The notes below the pieces were generated by a model. It saw only the letters and a list, made by a program, of their open reading frames with translations, searched no databases and was not told where the DNA came from. The translations under genes were made by a program, and so were the position numbers. This document shows, in pieces, positions 45,901 through 58,600 of a stretch of DNA of 64,000 nt; the stretch's first letter is position 1, and each line of letters opens with the position of its first letter. Source of the DNA: an uncultured Gammaproteobacteria bacterium (lineage in GTDB: Bacteria; Patescibacteriota; Patescibacteriia; Magasanikbacterales; UBA922); contig CAZFUL010000006.1 in NCBI GenBank assembly GCA_964522435.1, positions 9,573 to 73,572 on the forward strand, written 5' to 3'.

Positions 45901-46272
45901 TTATTTGGCAATAAGCTCAAACACTGTCGGAATAAGAATCATACCAGCAATCAATAGTGATAACGCGCCCGCAATCAATACCATACCTGCAAGCATGTCT
46001 TTAATAATACCGGCTTGATAACTCAACCGGGGTTTGAGCATGTCAATAAATTTTTCCATGGCACTATTAATAATTTCTAATACGAGTACAAATAAGGCCA
46101 AACACAGTAATACAATCATCTCAGAAGGTTTCAGCGGTAAAAACCAAACCACAACAATAAGAACGAGCGTAGCAATAACTTGAAGACGAAAATTTTGTTC
46201 ATGAACAAAAATATAGCGCAGTCCTCTACTCGCATGAGAAACACTGGTAAAAAATTTTTTTATGTACGACAT
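45901..46272 (-). CDS. dgkA: Diacylglycerol/undecaprenol kinase (DgkA family)
   Basis: 123 aa, 3 TM. …RLQVIATLVLIVVVWFL…EIINSAMEKFID… matches the prokaryotic DAGK family. Confidence 0.75.
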   Translation of the reverse strand: MSYIKKFFTSVSHASRGLRYIFVHEQNFRLQVIATLVLIVVVWFLPLKPSEMIVLLCLALFVLVLEIINSAMEKFIDMLKPRLSYQAGIIKDMLAGMVLIAGALSLLIAGMILIPTVFELIAK

Positions 46273-46712
46273 AGGGCACTTACTAATGTTTCTTGCAAAG
46301 GAAACATTTCTGCTGCTTGTTTTTTGGTTATATGATCATAGCCAAATACATGCAATATGCCATGCACGAGCATACGCATAAACTCTTCTTTATATGAGAT
46401 ATGGAACTCTTTTGCTTGTCGTTCTATTTGTTTTACACTAATAAAAATGTCTCCTCCTTCCATCATTACCGGAGAAACAAAGCCATCAACACCCTCATAC
46501 TCAACTAACGGAAACGATAATACATCAGTCGTCGAATCTTTTCCGCGATGTAGCCGATTTAAGGTTCGCATACGATCATCTCCAATAAGATGAATGCTGA
46601 GTTGTACCTCTTTTTTTCCTATGCGTGAGCATACTTTTTTTGCCGCAACAAGAATAGTCGATTCAGGGATCGCCGTTTTTTTTACTCGTTGATATACAAC
46701 GCATTCTATCAT
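46260..46712 (-). CDS. ybeY: Endoribonuclease YbeY (rRNA maturation factor)
   Basis: 150 aa. HGILHVFGYDH metal-binding motif. Confidence 0.85.
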   Translation of the reverse strand: MIECVVYQRVKKTAIPESTILVAAKKVCSRIGKKEVQLSIHLIGDDRMRTLNRLHRGKDSTTDVLSFPLVEYEGVDGFVSPVMMEGGDIFISVKQIERQAKEFHISYKEEFMRMLVHGILHVFGYDHITKKQAAEMFPLQETLVSALCRT

Positions 46713-46718
46713 AGAACA

Positions 46719-47960
46719 TTATTCAGAAAGCTCCCCATCCCCTTGTTGAAGCCCAGAGGGTGAAGAAGATGTACTCGTATCAGTATTCTGTATAGGCGTA
46801 CTGCTCGGGAGTATTACTTGCTCTGGCAATATGCCTACCGCACGGTTGGGACGAAAACTTTGAATGAGCATATTCATGATGTTTGGATAAAAAATTTGCT
46901 CACTTACTCCTGGTGTATACACGATAACATACAGATAATTGTCACTTTGCACATACGCGACCAACCCATCACGACGAACAAAATAATCAATACCAAAACG
47001 ACTTTGTTTTTGTTGCAAATCACTAAATTGTTGTTGACTCGCATTGGTAGAAAACCACCGAACAAAATCTGTTTCCGGAGGCAAAACAATTGTATGTACG
47101 GCAATATAATCGCCCGTAATAGCACTCACCAATACCTGAGTTGATTGGGGATCAACGGAAGACACATCCCAACCCAAGGGGTAATACAGACGATATTGAA
47201 ATGCTGGATTGATATACTCACGCACCAAGCCAGAATCAATTAACCGCAGCGGTGCAAAGCCACCGGGGTTATACAAATTTGATAATTCTTGTCCATCATA
47301 ATACCCATCATCGTCAGAATCCCATGCCCCACTGTCTGTGCCAAATACTTCTTCTTCTTGATCAGTGAGATCATCACTATCAATATCAACACTCACAGAA
47401 AATGTTGTTCGAGGAAATACGATACGATTACTGGGCAAAAGCACGGGTGTTACCGTTGAGGAACTCGTGCTCCTTGGCGCATCCTGCTCTAGTGGGACGA
47501 TAATTGATGGCTGTTGTTGTGTCGAAGAAGCAACTATTGGGGGTGGAACCTGAGCCGACTGATTATTTACACGCGTTGATTGCAAAGCATCGGATATATA
47601 ATACCAACTCACGGCAGCCAATACGATAATACTCAAAAGTGCAATAATAAGCACAAGATGTGATTTTTTCTTTTCTTTTGAAGCCGGTGGGATACTGCTT
47701 TCCTGTTCCCTAATGGGCACCGCAGCACCAAGAGGCGCTATTTTTTTAGGGGGCTCAGACATAAGAGGATGTTGCACCGCTGCTGCTGCGGTTGGCTCAT
47801 AAATATTGGGATCCTTTCCACCATAAAAAATATCCGGAATTGTTTGAATATCTAACGTTCCAATTTTTTCATTCGGAACCTCTCCTTGCCTGGATTTCTT
47901 TTGAAATAATCCCATAACAAAAGGTCTTTCTACTGAGTAACGGTTGTTTGTTGACCGCAA
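46719..47960 (-). CDS. Single-pass membrane protein with extracellular Asp-rich (thrombospondin-type-3-like) motif DSDDDGYYDGQELSNLYNPGG; paralog 1 of 3
   Basis: 413 aa. Cytoplasmic N-terminus, TM LVLIIALLSIIVLAAVSWYYI, extracytoplasmic domain. Shares a C-terminal motif with 47930-49108 and 49127-49627. Confidence 0.45.
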   Translation of the reverse strand: MRSTNNRYSVERPFVMGLFQKKSRQGEVPNEKIGTLDIQTIPDIFYGGKDPNIYEPTAAAAVQHPLMSEPPKKIAPLGAAVPIREQESSIPPASKEKKKSHLVLIIALLSIIVLAAVSWYYISDALQSTRVNNQSAQVPPPIVASSTQQQPSIIVPLEQDAPRSTSSSTVTPVLLPSNRIVFPRTTFSVSVDIDSDDLTDQEEEVFGTDSGAWDSDDDGYYDGQELSNLYNPGGFAPLRLIDSGLVREYINPAFQYRLYYPLGWDVSSVDPQSTQVLVSAITGDYIAVHTIVLPPETDFVRWFSTNASQQQFSDLQQKQSRFGIDYFVRRDGLVAYVQSDNYLYVIVYTPGVSEQIFYPNIMNMLIQSFRPNRAVGILPEQVILPSSTPIQNTDTSTSSSPSGLQQGDGELSE

Positions 47961-49108
47961 CGTGCCACCCGTTTTTGAATTTCAGAGATAAACAATGGAA
48001 ACAACGGGTCATCGGCTCGGATGGTAAGACTCACGGGCTTACCTTGTGCTGCTAATACTTGCATCGATTCAGTAAAAATGTTGTCAATATCATCTTGAGT
48101 ACAACTTCCTACAGAGAGATCTGCAAGAACGGTTAATGGAAACACAACGGCTGTGGAAGTCGTCGAAGGAGATAGGGTTGATGATGCTGTGGCCTGTGGT
48201 ACTTCAAAGATTCGGCCAATACCACTTGGGCTATAGCCTGACTTTACTTCAGTACCATCGGTATACGAATCACCATCAGTATCAGGATTTAGGGGATTTG
48301 TTTTCCAAATAATCACTTCATCCCCGTCAGAAAGTTCATCATCATCAGAATCCCAATCATTTGGATTTAGTCCCAAACTACGTTCTTGATCATCGTCTAA
48401 GCCATCGCTATCCGTATCTTGAAGTGCACCAAATAATAGACGATCGTCTACATTTGGTACCGAAGGAGGAATAGGATTACTTACGGTATTTGTTCCTGTT
48501 TGAGAAGAAGGGATTTCATCAAACGGAGTTTGTACGACTTGTTCTTGCGTATTTGCAAATACGGCTGTGTATACCCACCAAGCACCGCCCGCTAAAATCA
48601 ACAATACAACAGAAAAAATAATCACCGCCATAATTCCCCTACTAAGACTTGGCTCTTTAATCATGTATTGTTCTCCTTGTGGCAAGGGTGGAGGTGTTTC
48701 AATTTCTGGAGGCTGACCAAAAATACCAGCTCCATTACCCCGTGAGGCACTTGGCATATCTGGGGCAAACGATTTTTCTGATGAAGACATGGGCGGTATA
48801 GCTGCTGGTACATCGGCAAGCATCGGTTCTTCATCCTGCATAGCTTGCGGCATCGTAACTATATCATCATCACCATCAATATCAGGAAAAGCAGGACGTG
48901 CAGGTTTTAAAATACCAGCATCTAATGCAGAAGGCGCCGCTATAGGGGATGCAGGTATATCTTGGGGCACAAAAGAGGAGATATCTGCCACAGGAAGCAC
49001 AGGTTCATCAACTTGTTGAAAGATATCATCTGGCTCACCAATAGGTAAATTAGGGGGAATTGCCCCGGTCTTTGCTGTGGGTGATTGTGATAATTGATCG
49101 TCAAACAT
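47930..49108 (-). CDS. Single-pass membrane protein with Pro-rich cytoplasmic N-terminus and extracellular TSP3-like repeats (DTDSDGLDDDQE…DWDSDDDELSDGDEVIIWKTNPLNPDTDGDSYTDGTEV); paralog 2
   Basis: 392 aa. TM IMAVIIFSVVLLILAGGAWWVYTAVF. Confidence 0.45.
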   Translation of the reverse strand: MFDDQLSQSPTAKTGAIPPNLPIGEPDDIFQQVDEPVLPVADISSFVPQDIPASPIAAPSALDAGILKPARPAFPDIDGDDDIVTMPQAMQDEEPMLADVPAAIPPMSSSEKSFAPDMPSASRGNGAGIFGQPPEIETPPPLPQGEQYMIKEPSLSRGIMAVIIFSVVLLILAGGAWWVYTAVFANTQEQVVQTPFDEIPSSQTGTNTVSNPIPPSVPNVDDRLLFGALQDTDSDGLDDDQERSLGLNPNDWDSDDDELSDGDEVIIWKTNPLNPDTDGDSYTDGTEVKSGYSPSGIGRIFEVPQATASSTLSPSTTSTAVVFPLTVLADLSVGSCTQDDIDNIFTESMQVLAAQGKPVSLTIRADDPLFPLFISEIQKRVARCGQQTTVTQ

Positions 49109-49126
49109 AGTGTCTTTACTAATAAA

Positions 49127-49627
49127 TTAAAGGCTTCCTTCTCCTAAAGGATTATACCCATTAAATACTTCTACCCCATCAAAAAATCCATCGCCATCTG
49201 AATCGGGATTTGTTGGGTTTGTTTTCCACACACTCCGTTCATTCAGATCACTTAATCCATCACCATCACTATCAAAATCTCTATCTGTTGTTCCAATTGT
49301 TTCTTCTTCTATATCAGAAATACCATCCATATCGGTATCATGCGTCGTATCTTCGATAATAGGCAAATCAAGTTCATTTGGTATTTTTTCTTCCGTACCT
49401 ACTGCATTGCTATTGCTTTGTATACCAGCCGCCGCTCTTGAGTTAAGATAGTTTCGCAAAAACAAAAACCCTATCACCAACAGGATAATTGCTATGATCA
49501 CGCCCACAACAACCATTCGATGATGTGCTATACCCGGCTCCTTTACAGAAACCGTCGTCACGGTAGGGGCTGGTGGTGGAGTTACATTTGTTGACAATGG
49601 GTCTTCCATAGATGAGTAGTATAGCAC
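49127..49627 (-). CDS. Small single-pass membrane protein with TSP3-like repeats (DTDMDGISDIEE…DSDGDGLSDLNERSVWKTNPTNPDSDGDGFFDGVEV); paralog 3
   Basis: 166 aa. TM MVVVGVIIAIILLVIGFLFL. Confidence 0.45.
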   Translation of the reverse strand: MLYYSSMEDPLSTNVTPPPAPTVTTVSVKEPGIAHHRMVVVGVIIAIILLVIGFLFLRNYLNSRAAAGIQSNSNAVGTEEKIPNELDLPIIEDTTHDTDMDGISDIEEETIGTTDRDFDSDGDGLSDLNERSVWKTNPTNPDSDGDGFFDGVEVFNGYNPLGEGSL

Positions 49628-49639
49628 ATACGCTATCTA

Positions 49640-52600
49640 TTATCGATCTCGATTACACGCTTGTCCTGGAACATTACACAGCACGTCCGCATAGTCTGTC
49701 TCAATTGATCCATGACTTGAGGCAATACCTTGTGTGTCGGTTACCACAGCAGCACCATTTACCTCTGGGGTATAAATACGATATTGACCATTAATAAATA
49801 CAATATTAAATGGATGCCAGTAGCGAGCGATCCCTTCATTATTACTTCCAGAAGCATTTTTTAATTCAAATACATAGTCCGGGGTATATAACGAATACGC
49901 TGGTATTTGATTTGCTTGGTACTCATATATTTCAACACGCACATTTCTGTTCGCAAATTCAGAAATAGAGATATTATTTGCATTAGCAATGGCGCCAACA
50001 AAAAACGCAATTGGCCGATTTGCAAAATTTTGCCCTCGCGTTGCGGCTAAGTTTACCGTCATACTTTGCACAACGGTTCTTTGTAGACTAAATACATTGT
50101 GTATTGCCGTTGATCCATCAAATAATGAACAATTATCCGGCATCCAGTACCCTGCCAACGATTCATTATTTGCTCGTTGACGAATACGGTTACACAACCC
50201 GTTCTGGGCTAATACATCCGTATAGGTTAATCGCCCACCATGGCTTCTAATAAACACATCTCCTGAGCGTTGATTAAAGAGATTTCCGGTAAAGGCAATC
50301 ACCTCATCCTGCGCACCGCCTACATCATAGCGTACCACAATACGCAAATGATTTTGTGGTACTGCAGGTGATACAACCAGTTCATTGTTAATTGCCACAC
50401 CTTCTCCCTGTACAGGATAAGGAAACAAACTAAAACGTCCCGCATCAGACAAATTATCTGTTAAGACCGCGCCTACATCAACCCCATTTGGGGCAAGATC
50501 ATCATAATTAGTATTTGGATCAACAACACGCGCAATTTTATCAATATTAAAGGCAACATGATAGGCATCGGTACATAAGGTATTTGCTTCTAAGCGCCGA
50601 GGGTTTATTTGAGCGGGATTATTTGCTGCAGGGTTTCCATTCAAAATAAGATCTGTCAACATTTGGTGAGATTCATTATAGTTATTTCCTACAGAGAACA
50701 CAGAAAACCGAGATACATTTGCCAAGCTCGTTCGGCGTAATAAATACTGCGTTTGAGCAAAATTTCCCCAAGGTGTTAGAGCAAGCTGTGGATTTTCAAT
50801 CACATTCAAAATAGCCAAATTTGGTGTCGCTCCAGGCGCAGGACGCAACCCACAGGTAACACAACTACTCACTAATGAACGACAATCATTGTTACAAGAA
50901 ATATCTCCACGCTGGGTATATACATTTGGCGTATCAAAACATTGTTTTACCTCGTGATCTAAGGTCGCAGGACGACCCAACAATAATGCTAATTGATTCG
51001 CAAATAAGGCTTGCGGCGCAGCAATACGATTAGAGGTTCCCAAAGATTCCTGAAGTGGTGAGGTAATAACTCGTTCATTTCCACCTTCAGTTATCACATC
51101 GCAAGCTTCATACACAGGAATTTGTACTTCTGCCCCATCAATAAAGCGCAATGTACGATTTTCTCCCACAAGATCAATAACCCCATTGCCACAATAGGCC
51201 ACAGAATCTGCGGTTAATACTTCTCGACAGTCAACAGAACAATAATTACAGGTTCCTTCATACCCGGCAGTACAAGCAATACCATTTTGATCGCCATTGT
51301 CACACAGCTCTGCCACATTATTTCTATTTGGGGATTGCACAATACCATCGCCACAACGTCCGGCTAATTCTGGATTTACTTGTGGCGCAGCACCCTGACA
51401 TAAGGCATTACAACCATCACCGTTACGCGTATTCCCATCATCACACTGTTCTCCAAATTGTCCTTGGGTCACGCCATCACCACAAAAACCACCATGATTT
51501 TGACAACTGAGTGAACAAGAATTTGACTGACGAAGCGCATATTCTTGACATGCCGTAATATCTAAGATAGCCGTGCGGAATTGCTCTGGTTCATCAACGC
51601 GTAATACGGTATCGGTTCCTCCTAATTCAGCCCATTGTACAAACACATCTTGTTGGCCCTGTACTGCTAATACATAGGTGTATACTCCGTCACTCAATAA
51701 TTGAGTAATTTCCTCGTTTGGTGATTGGGCTTCAGCAACAGGACCATCAACCACAACAACAAAGCTTTTGGGTCGAGCTGCTTCTACCGGATCGTTAGGG
51801 CTAAAGACACCACGATTGCGCAGCGCATCAATACCAGAACCAAGGGGGGCGGTCCAAAGCGCATTGGGATTTCCTGCAGCAAGCAATGCCGCGCGAACCT
51901 GTTGCGGTGTATAGAATCCCACAGGCAAAATCTCAGGATATTGATTCTCAGCAACAACGCCTCTAAATAATGCAATACCAATTTTTGCTTTTCCTTCTAA
52001 CTCTTGCGCGATATTGGTCATACCATCAATAGTAACTGCCCAATTTGTTGGGACATTCAGACCACGCACGGTTTGCATTGATCCAGAATGTTCTATCAAA
52101 AAGTAGACTACTGGCTCACCAACGGCATTATTATCTAAAATAAATTGACAGACCCCTCCCACTTCATCACAAAATTCAAAGGTAGTTTCTCCTCCATCAA
52201 AACGACCATTATTATTCGCATCAGCAAAATCAAGGACACCATTACCACAAGAACCGGCAGCAGAAACGCTTCTACAGCCAAGATTGAGAGCGGGGTTTCC
52301 AGGATGTTGTCCGGGCGCATCACATTGTCCATACCGGCCATTTAACGCTCCATCGTCACAGAGTTCATCTGGGTCGACAATACCATTTCCACAACTTCCT
52401 ACCTGTTCACAGGCACCAACTTCCCACTGACACGCATCGGTACAACGACTCAGCGCACGTTGATTAGGCACAGCCTGACGATTTCCATTTGCATCAATTT
52501 GTACACAGGCAACATCTTGAACACTTCCAGGAGGATCACAGGACTCCCCAATATTTACCACGCCATCACCACAACGTCCTGCAAAAGGACTGTGGACATC

Positions 52601-55600
52601 ACCTGGCTGACACCAGGCATCAGATGAATAATGCTCCGTATCAATAAATTGCGCAACAATCGCGTCATTTTCAGTAAAATATTCAAGCGGCGCATGCAGG
52701 GTATAATTATCTGAATTTGATGAGTAATACTCGGTAATTTGACTTGCTTGCGGACAAATAAAACGAGATTGAACAGCATCCCAACAAGTAGATTCGTCTT
52801 GAATCAAACAGCTATTTCCTTCTCCAGGACATTGCGCATTATCAACACAACTCGCAAATACTCCCTGTGCATTTGCAATTTGACAGCGTCCACAAGCAGA
52901 CCATTCATTAACAGGATCAGACGCAATGCCGCCAATAAGACCGGATAATCTTCCCCATGATGGCCAACGAGAATTGGTATATCCAGGAATAAATGTTCCT
53001 CCTTGAAGATTTGGATAACTTCCTTCGCGCTGTTCATAGGCAGATAACTGTTCTTGCACATCACGAATTTCTGCAAGCCGTTGCCAATCATGAACAAATT
53101 TTGTTTTTGCTTGAGAACAAATACCATTTGTTCCATCGAGTGCCGCCCCAACAAAATCTCGACAGTCAAAATCATCTCGACAAGAAATGCTTGCTGCGGC
53201 AATAGCACTGATACGAGGATCATCATCGCGAGGGATACGTCTATCTTGAACAGGAACATTGGCATCTACTCCCTCAGACAAACAATAGCCAATATCACTC
53301 ACATTGGTATTAAAGAGCAGGGATTCGATAATTTGGTCAAAAACTACTTGAGTACTTGGTTGAGCACCAACATTCAAACTAAAGACGTAGATATTGTTAT
53401 ATACCTCTCTATTGCGTTTAAAATCAGTTACTACATTTAAGGCATTTACATAGATACTCTTTCCATCACTTACCGCATCATAGCCGTCAATTGTTAATTC
53501 TTGAAGACGATCCGCGCCAAAAGCAAAGGTGGTATTAAACCAATCACGTGCAGATAAACGCTGTGGATTTTCAAAAATCTGCAATCCTAATACATCGTCA
53601 TTTTGATCATTGAAAAACAGAAGGCGTTGTAATGTTCCGGTAACAAAACTTTCCGGACCACCAGGAATATCTTCTGGATTCACGACCGCACCAACATCAA
53701 AATAAGGAAGATCATCTTCAGTAAAACCACTCAGGCCAGCATCCGCACAATAACTGAATGAAAAATTAAATCGGTCATCTGTATAGGGATATTTGTCCGC
53801 TTCTGGCCAAGGACGTTCACAAAAACTTGCGGTTAATTCTGTACTTCCACTAAAAATACGTCCTTTATGATTATCAGCACCATTTGTTTGATCTTCAATT
53901 ACAACGGCTTGACCACTCGCAATAATCCGTCCCTCGACTTGTCGAGAACCAATTGTTACTTGTTGGGTATTTGTTGGGGTATTTTCTACCGGAACAGCAA
54001 AAATAGGATCTTCTTGTGGTGCCCAACGCCATTCCCAATCATAAATATTACGAATTGGCTGAATTTCTTGATTTCCTTGAGAGCTTTCTGAGCGCGCAAT
54101 AAAGGTTGAAGTAGTAAGTGGTGCAGTAAATATGTATGAAGCAGGATCCACAGTGACATTGCGTAAACGACACACATCTGCACCCGTTCTAAAGCTAATA
54201 AAATCATCATCATCAAAACGTCCCCCTTGTTGTTGTTCTCCTCGAATACTCACCCCTATATCATTTTTAATACCAGCCACGCCTCCGCGTAAGACTACCG
54301 CATACACGGCATTTGGCTCTAATGCTGCGCCAATGGATAAAGAAATCGTGCTTGTTACATGGGTATCATTTTCTGCCCATTCATACGCGACCGCAGGCGT
54401 TACCGCTATTTCTCCACTACACCAGGTGGACATACCGTCATACAGCGCAGCAGCCTGAACACTATTTCTTCCAAACAGACGCGCAAATAGAGATTTTATT
54501 TTTGCAAAAAATCGTTCAAAGAATGGCAAGTCTTCATCGACGATCCCTGCTTGTGCCGCAAGCACCGCACCCACTCGTGCAGTCACGTCCGTGCCCACAC
54601 AATCATGATTTGCATCTGCAAACCCTTGTGCTAGCACAATATTATTTTGTAACGTTTCTTCATCAAGACTTCGTTCATTTCTAAAAGAAATATCAATACG
54701 CGTGTTACGACAGATACCCACATCTCCATCAATTGGGTATGATGCCGCTCTTGCTGGACGTTTTGCACAGCAAGAATTGTTGGCTACCCCCACACTGTTA
54801 TCATCAACACCACAGGTATTCACGGTCGTAGACAATAATGTATCTGGCTCTTTTCGAATTTCAACATCATCAATCAAAAAGCTTACATTATCTAGATTAC
54901 CTAATGCAGGATCATTGCGACTCACAAATACAGAAAATCGATAATTTGCTTGTTCTTCTAAAAAGAAGGATTGATCAAAGGTATGCCATTGATTATCGGC
55001 TTGATCTAAGCGAATAACAATATCATCTTGATCATTTTGATCATGAGAACCCAGTTGTGCATATACCGTCCCTGTGGCAAAACGATACGCAAAACGAACA
55101 CGATACACCCCACGTCCTTCTATGGCAAGTCCTTTTTGAAACACACCTGTCCCGCCATCTTCTTTATGCACCGTTACTTCTAAACTCCGTGCACCCGCAA
55201 ACACGCCTGCGTCATCAACTAATTTTTCTAATTGAAATGGTGCGGCGCCTTCACTTACCCAGGCATCAAGCGCTGCTGATTCCATGTCTGCATCTTGAAT
55301 CACATTTAATTCTGCCAATTGAGAAGAAAATGGTTGTTCGATATGTCCACACATCAAACGATAGTCTGCAGCGCCACTCACCACCGGATTGATATTCGTA
55401 AAGACACCATCACGATCTCGTAATCGTTCTGCCACGGCTGAGATGGTTGTCTCTTGTTCGTTTGTGTCAGGATTTACCACACCTTCACCAATAGCCGTCA
55501 CTACTTGAAACGGATTTTGTCCTAAGGGATTTGCTTGTCTTGGTAATTCACAACCAGCATACTCACCTATACCTATTACCCCATCACTACATAATGATGG

Positions 55601-58600
55601 CGTATCATACTGAACAGAAGAACCAATAATATGACAATCTTGACGACAATCCACATCGCCTTGGGCACAACGAATACCTCCCTCATCTTTATGAGGCACT
55701 TGATTAAGTGCACAAATATTTTGTAAAAGACAAGAAGCGCTACAATGTGACGCAACACGATCGAGAGGAACAGGTATGTTAATAACCCCTTGTCCATTAG
55801 GACCGGCCACACGAATAGAATCGCCAATAATTTCACATTCTTCTCCTTTATCAAGCAACCCATCGCCACAAACGCTATTGGCAAACAAACAGGCATTTCC
55901 AACAACCTCTTGTGGTATGCGTGCACGTTCTGGCCCACTACACCAGCGTTCGGCAATAGGAGTTCCTTCGTTGAAACAACGATCAGAACAGCCGATACCG
56001 CCATCACAATCTTCTCCTCGAGTTAATGCACCATCGCCACAAAGTACGGGCAAATCAACGCCAGTATTTGTACAACTCGCAGAACAACCTTGCCAGAGGG
56101 CTTTATCTCCTCCTTGATCACATTCTTCTCCTAATAATGGTTCTACTTGTCCATTGCCACAGGTTGCGGCAGCAGAACCTGGTCGTAAACAGGCTATGGT
56201 ACAGGTTTGTCCCAAGACTTCACCACCCACAGCAATATCACAATCTTCACCAGCTTCTACTCTCCCGTTACCACATAAGCCTGGCACTTCTTGAGCATAA
56301 TCATTTTTTGTAATGGTACTTCCTCGATAAATACAGGCAGCCGTACAATAGGGCGCAATGTCACCTTGACTACTAAACGCAGAAACGGTCGCAACAGCAT
56401 CATCACGAACATCCCAACGCCAACCATAGCCCCAAGGATTTAAGCGTTGTCCAAATGAACTACATTGATCTGGCGCAGAAATAGGCATAGCACCGTATCT
56501 GGTTTTTTGACCAAGCAATTGTGCACTAAATGGATCTGGTTGTACCTCGACGCGCGCAATCTGACAAAAAGGATCTTCTGGTTTTATTCTAAATTTCCAT
56601 TGATATGGGGCAACAGATTCACCTGCAAATACCGCATTACCATCAACTCTCCCAATAGACAAAATATCTGCAGGAATAGAGGCCAAATACCAGGTACCCG
56701 TAGACATTTTTTCTGGATTTCCTATATATGTCTGATAAATATAGCGATCACTCACCCCATCAACTAATTGAATATCTGTATCCGTAAAGGCAAGACAGTC
56801 TGCATTCACACACTCACGAACAAGTAAGCGATGTTTTCCATCTCTGTCTTTATAACTGTCTTCCATCATCGGACGATTAAAGCGCACGCCAACACTTATA
56901 TTACTACAAGAAAATTGACAATCCGGTACTGGCCAGGCTTGAATGACACGAGGCTCTCCTAAATTAACCTGCAAGGTACTTGTTCCACGAATGCCATTTC
57001 CATTAATATCTATATCAGCGGTAATAAAGGTTGGTTGTCCTTGACTATCTTGTAATGCGGTAACGGTTGCTTTATGTAAGCGAACATTATCGCGCAGTGT
57101 TGTTGCAATCGCTCGCGCAGAACTATCCCATCTCCATTCTTCTTTTGAAACATCTAATACTAAGCAAGCTTGATCAGCTCGTCCAAGCACGGTGTAATAT
57201 AACGGATGAGCGACTTGTTGTAAGTTAAATGGATCAAAAGGAAAGCGAGGATCTTGTAATTTACCAAGATAATGTGCGGTAAATAATGGTGGATCAATAT
57301 CTGCGCCAATTAATTGACACAGTCCATCACCATTCACACCTCCGGCACTATCCCCTGTTTGAAAATCAAAATAATAGGCACTGCCTTCTGGTAAATTTGC
57401 TAAGTTATTGTGTACCCGCAGACTTGAGGTAGTAAAAATGGGGTTACCCGCAATGTCCTTTGCTCCTGTATTATGTTGCGCACGAATATCGTCAGAAAGT
57501 ACCACACGATACCAGGTATTTTGAGAAAATTGACCATTTGGTTGAATATGGTTCAATTGAACTCGATTCACTAAATTTGGTTCAAACACAAATTGATCTG
57601 TGACTTCAGTGTCATAGTCTCCACACACAGGCGTATTTCCATTACCACAGGTAAACACCTTCACGGTGTCGCTATTTAATGTTCTTGGATTCATATCCAA
57701 GGTAAACCGAGCGGTAATAACCGCATTCAAACAGACACCGTCTTGACCACCATCATTGCGCACACTCCAAGGAGACGGAGAGGGAAGCTCAGCAGCGCGA
57801 CATTCTAACACTTCAACCACGTCAGGGATTTGAGGAATAATACCCGTGGTAAAGCGCCACACATAGCCAGACGTTCGCTCTTCTCCTTCACACAATTGTC
57901 CGTTTTGTTGCCACACCCCAGCATCAGGGCCTTCAATACAACAACGATATCCCTGTTCAATAAGAGGGTGGGGATCATCACTTATCCGAGCATGTTCCGC
58001 TTGATCAAGTTGACAATCACTTATCGTATAACGAACACCATTACTAAAAAGCCCTTGTGCATTCTGCACTTTAATGGGTCCGGTCCGCATAGAATCCAAA
58101 CGATTATTAGCATCATTTGGAGTCAAATCATCTTCAGGGATACGTGTACTTATTTTATCATCAGAAACATCTTCCAATACATTATTTCCGTTCACGCGAT
58201 GTTTTGCAGAAGAAAGCCAGGTATCAAGATTATTTGCAAGAGCTCCGCGGGTCCAATAAAACACGGTAGGATTATTTGAAAAATTTCTTCCAGAAATTAA
58301 TAGTGGCTCATCGTCTGGTCCGAGGGGTGCGGTTCCTCTATTTGGTTGAATACCACAAATACTTGGCAGTGGCGCTCCCGCGTTCACGCGTAGTCGTTCT
58401 TCTCCATTACTTTGACGCCCATCTTGTGTCCGAACAAGTACTGCATATTCAGCAGGCGCAATATCATCTGGAATACCCACAACAATTTGTGCCTCTTCCC
58501 AAGAGTCCCCACAGACCTGCGCATCAAGAACACGACAAGCATTTGGATTGTTTGCACAATTTCTCACGGTATTGGTATCTGCTGCAATATAGACGCTTCC

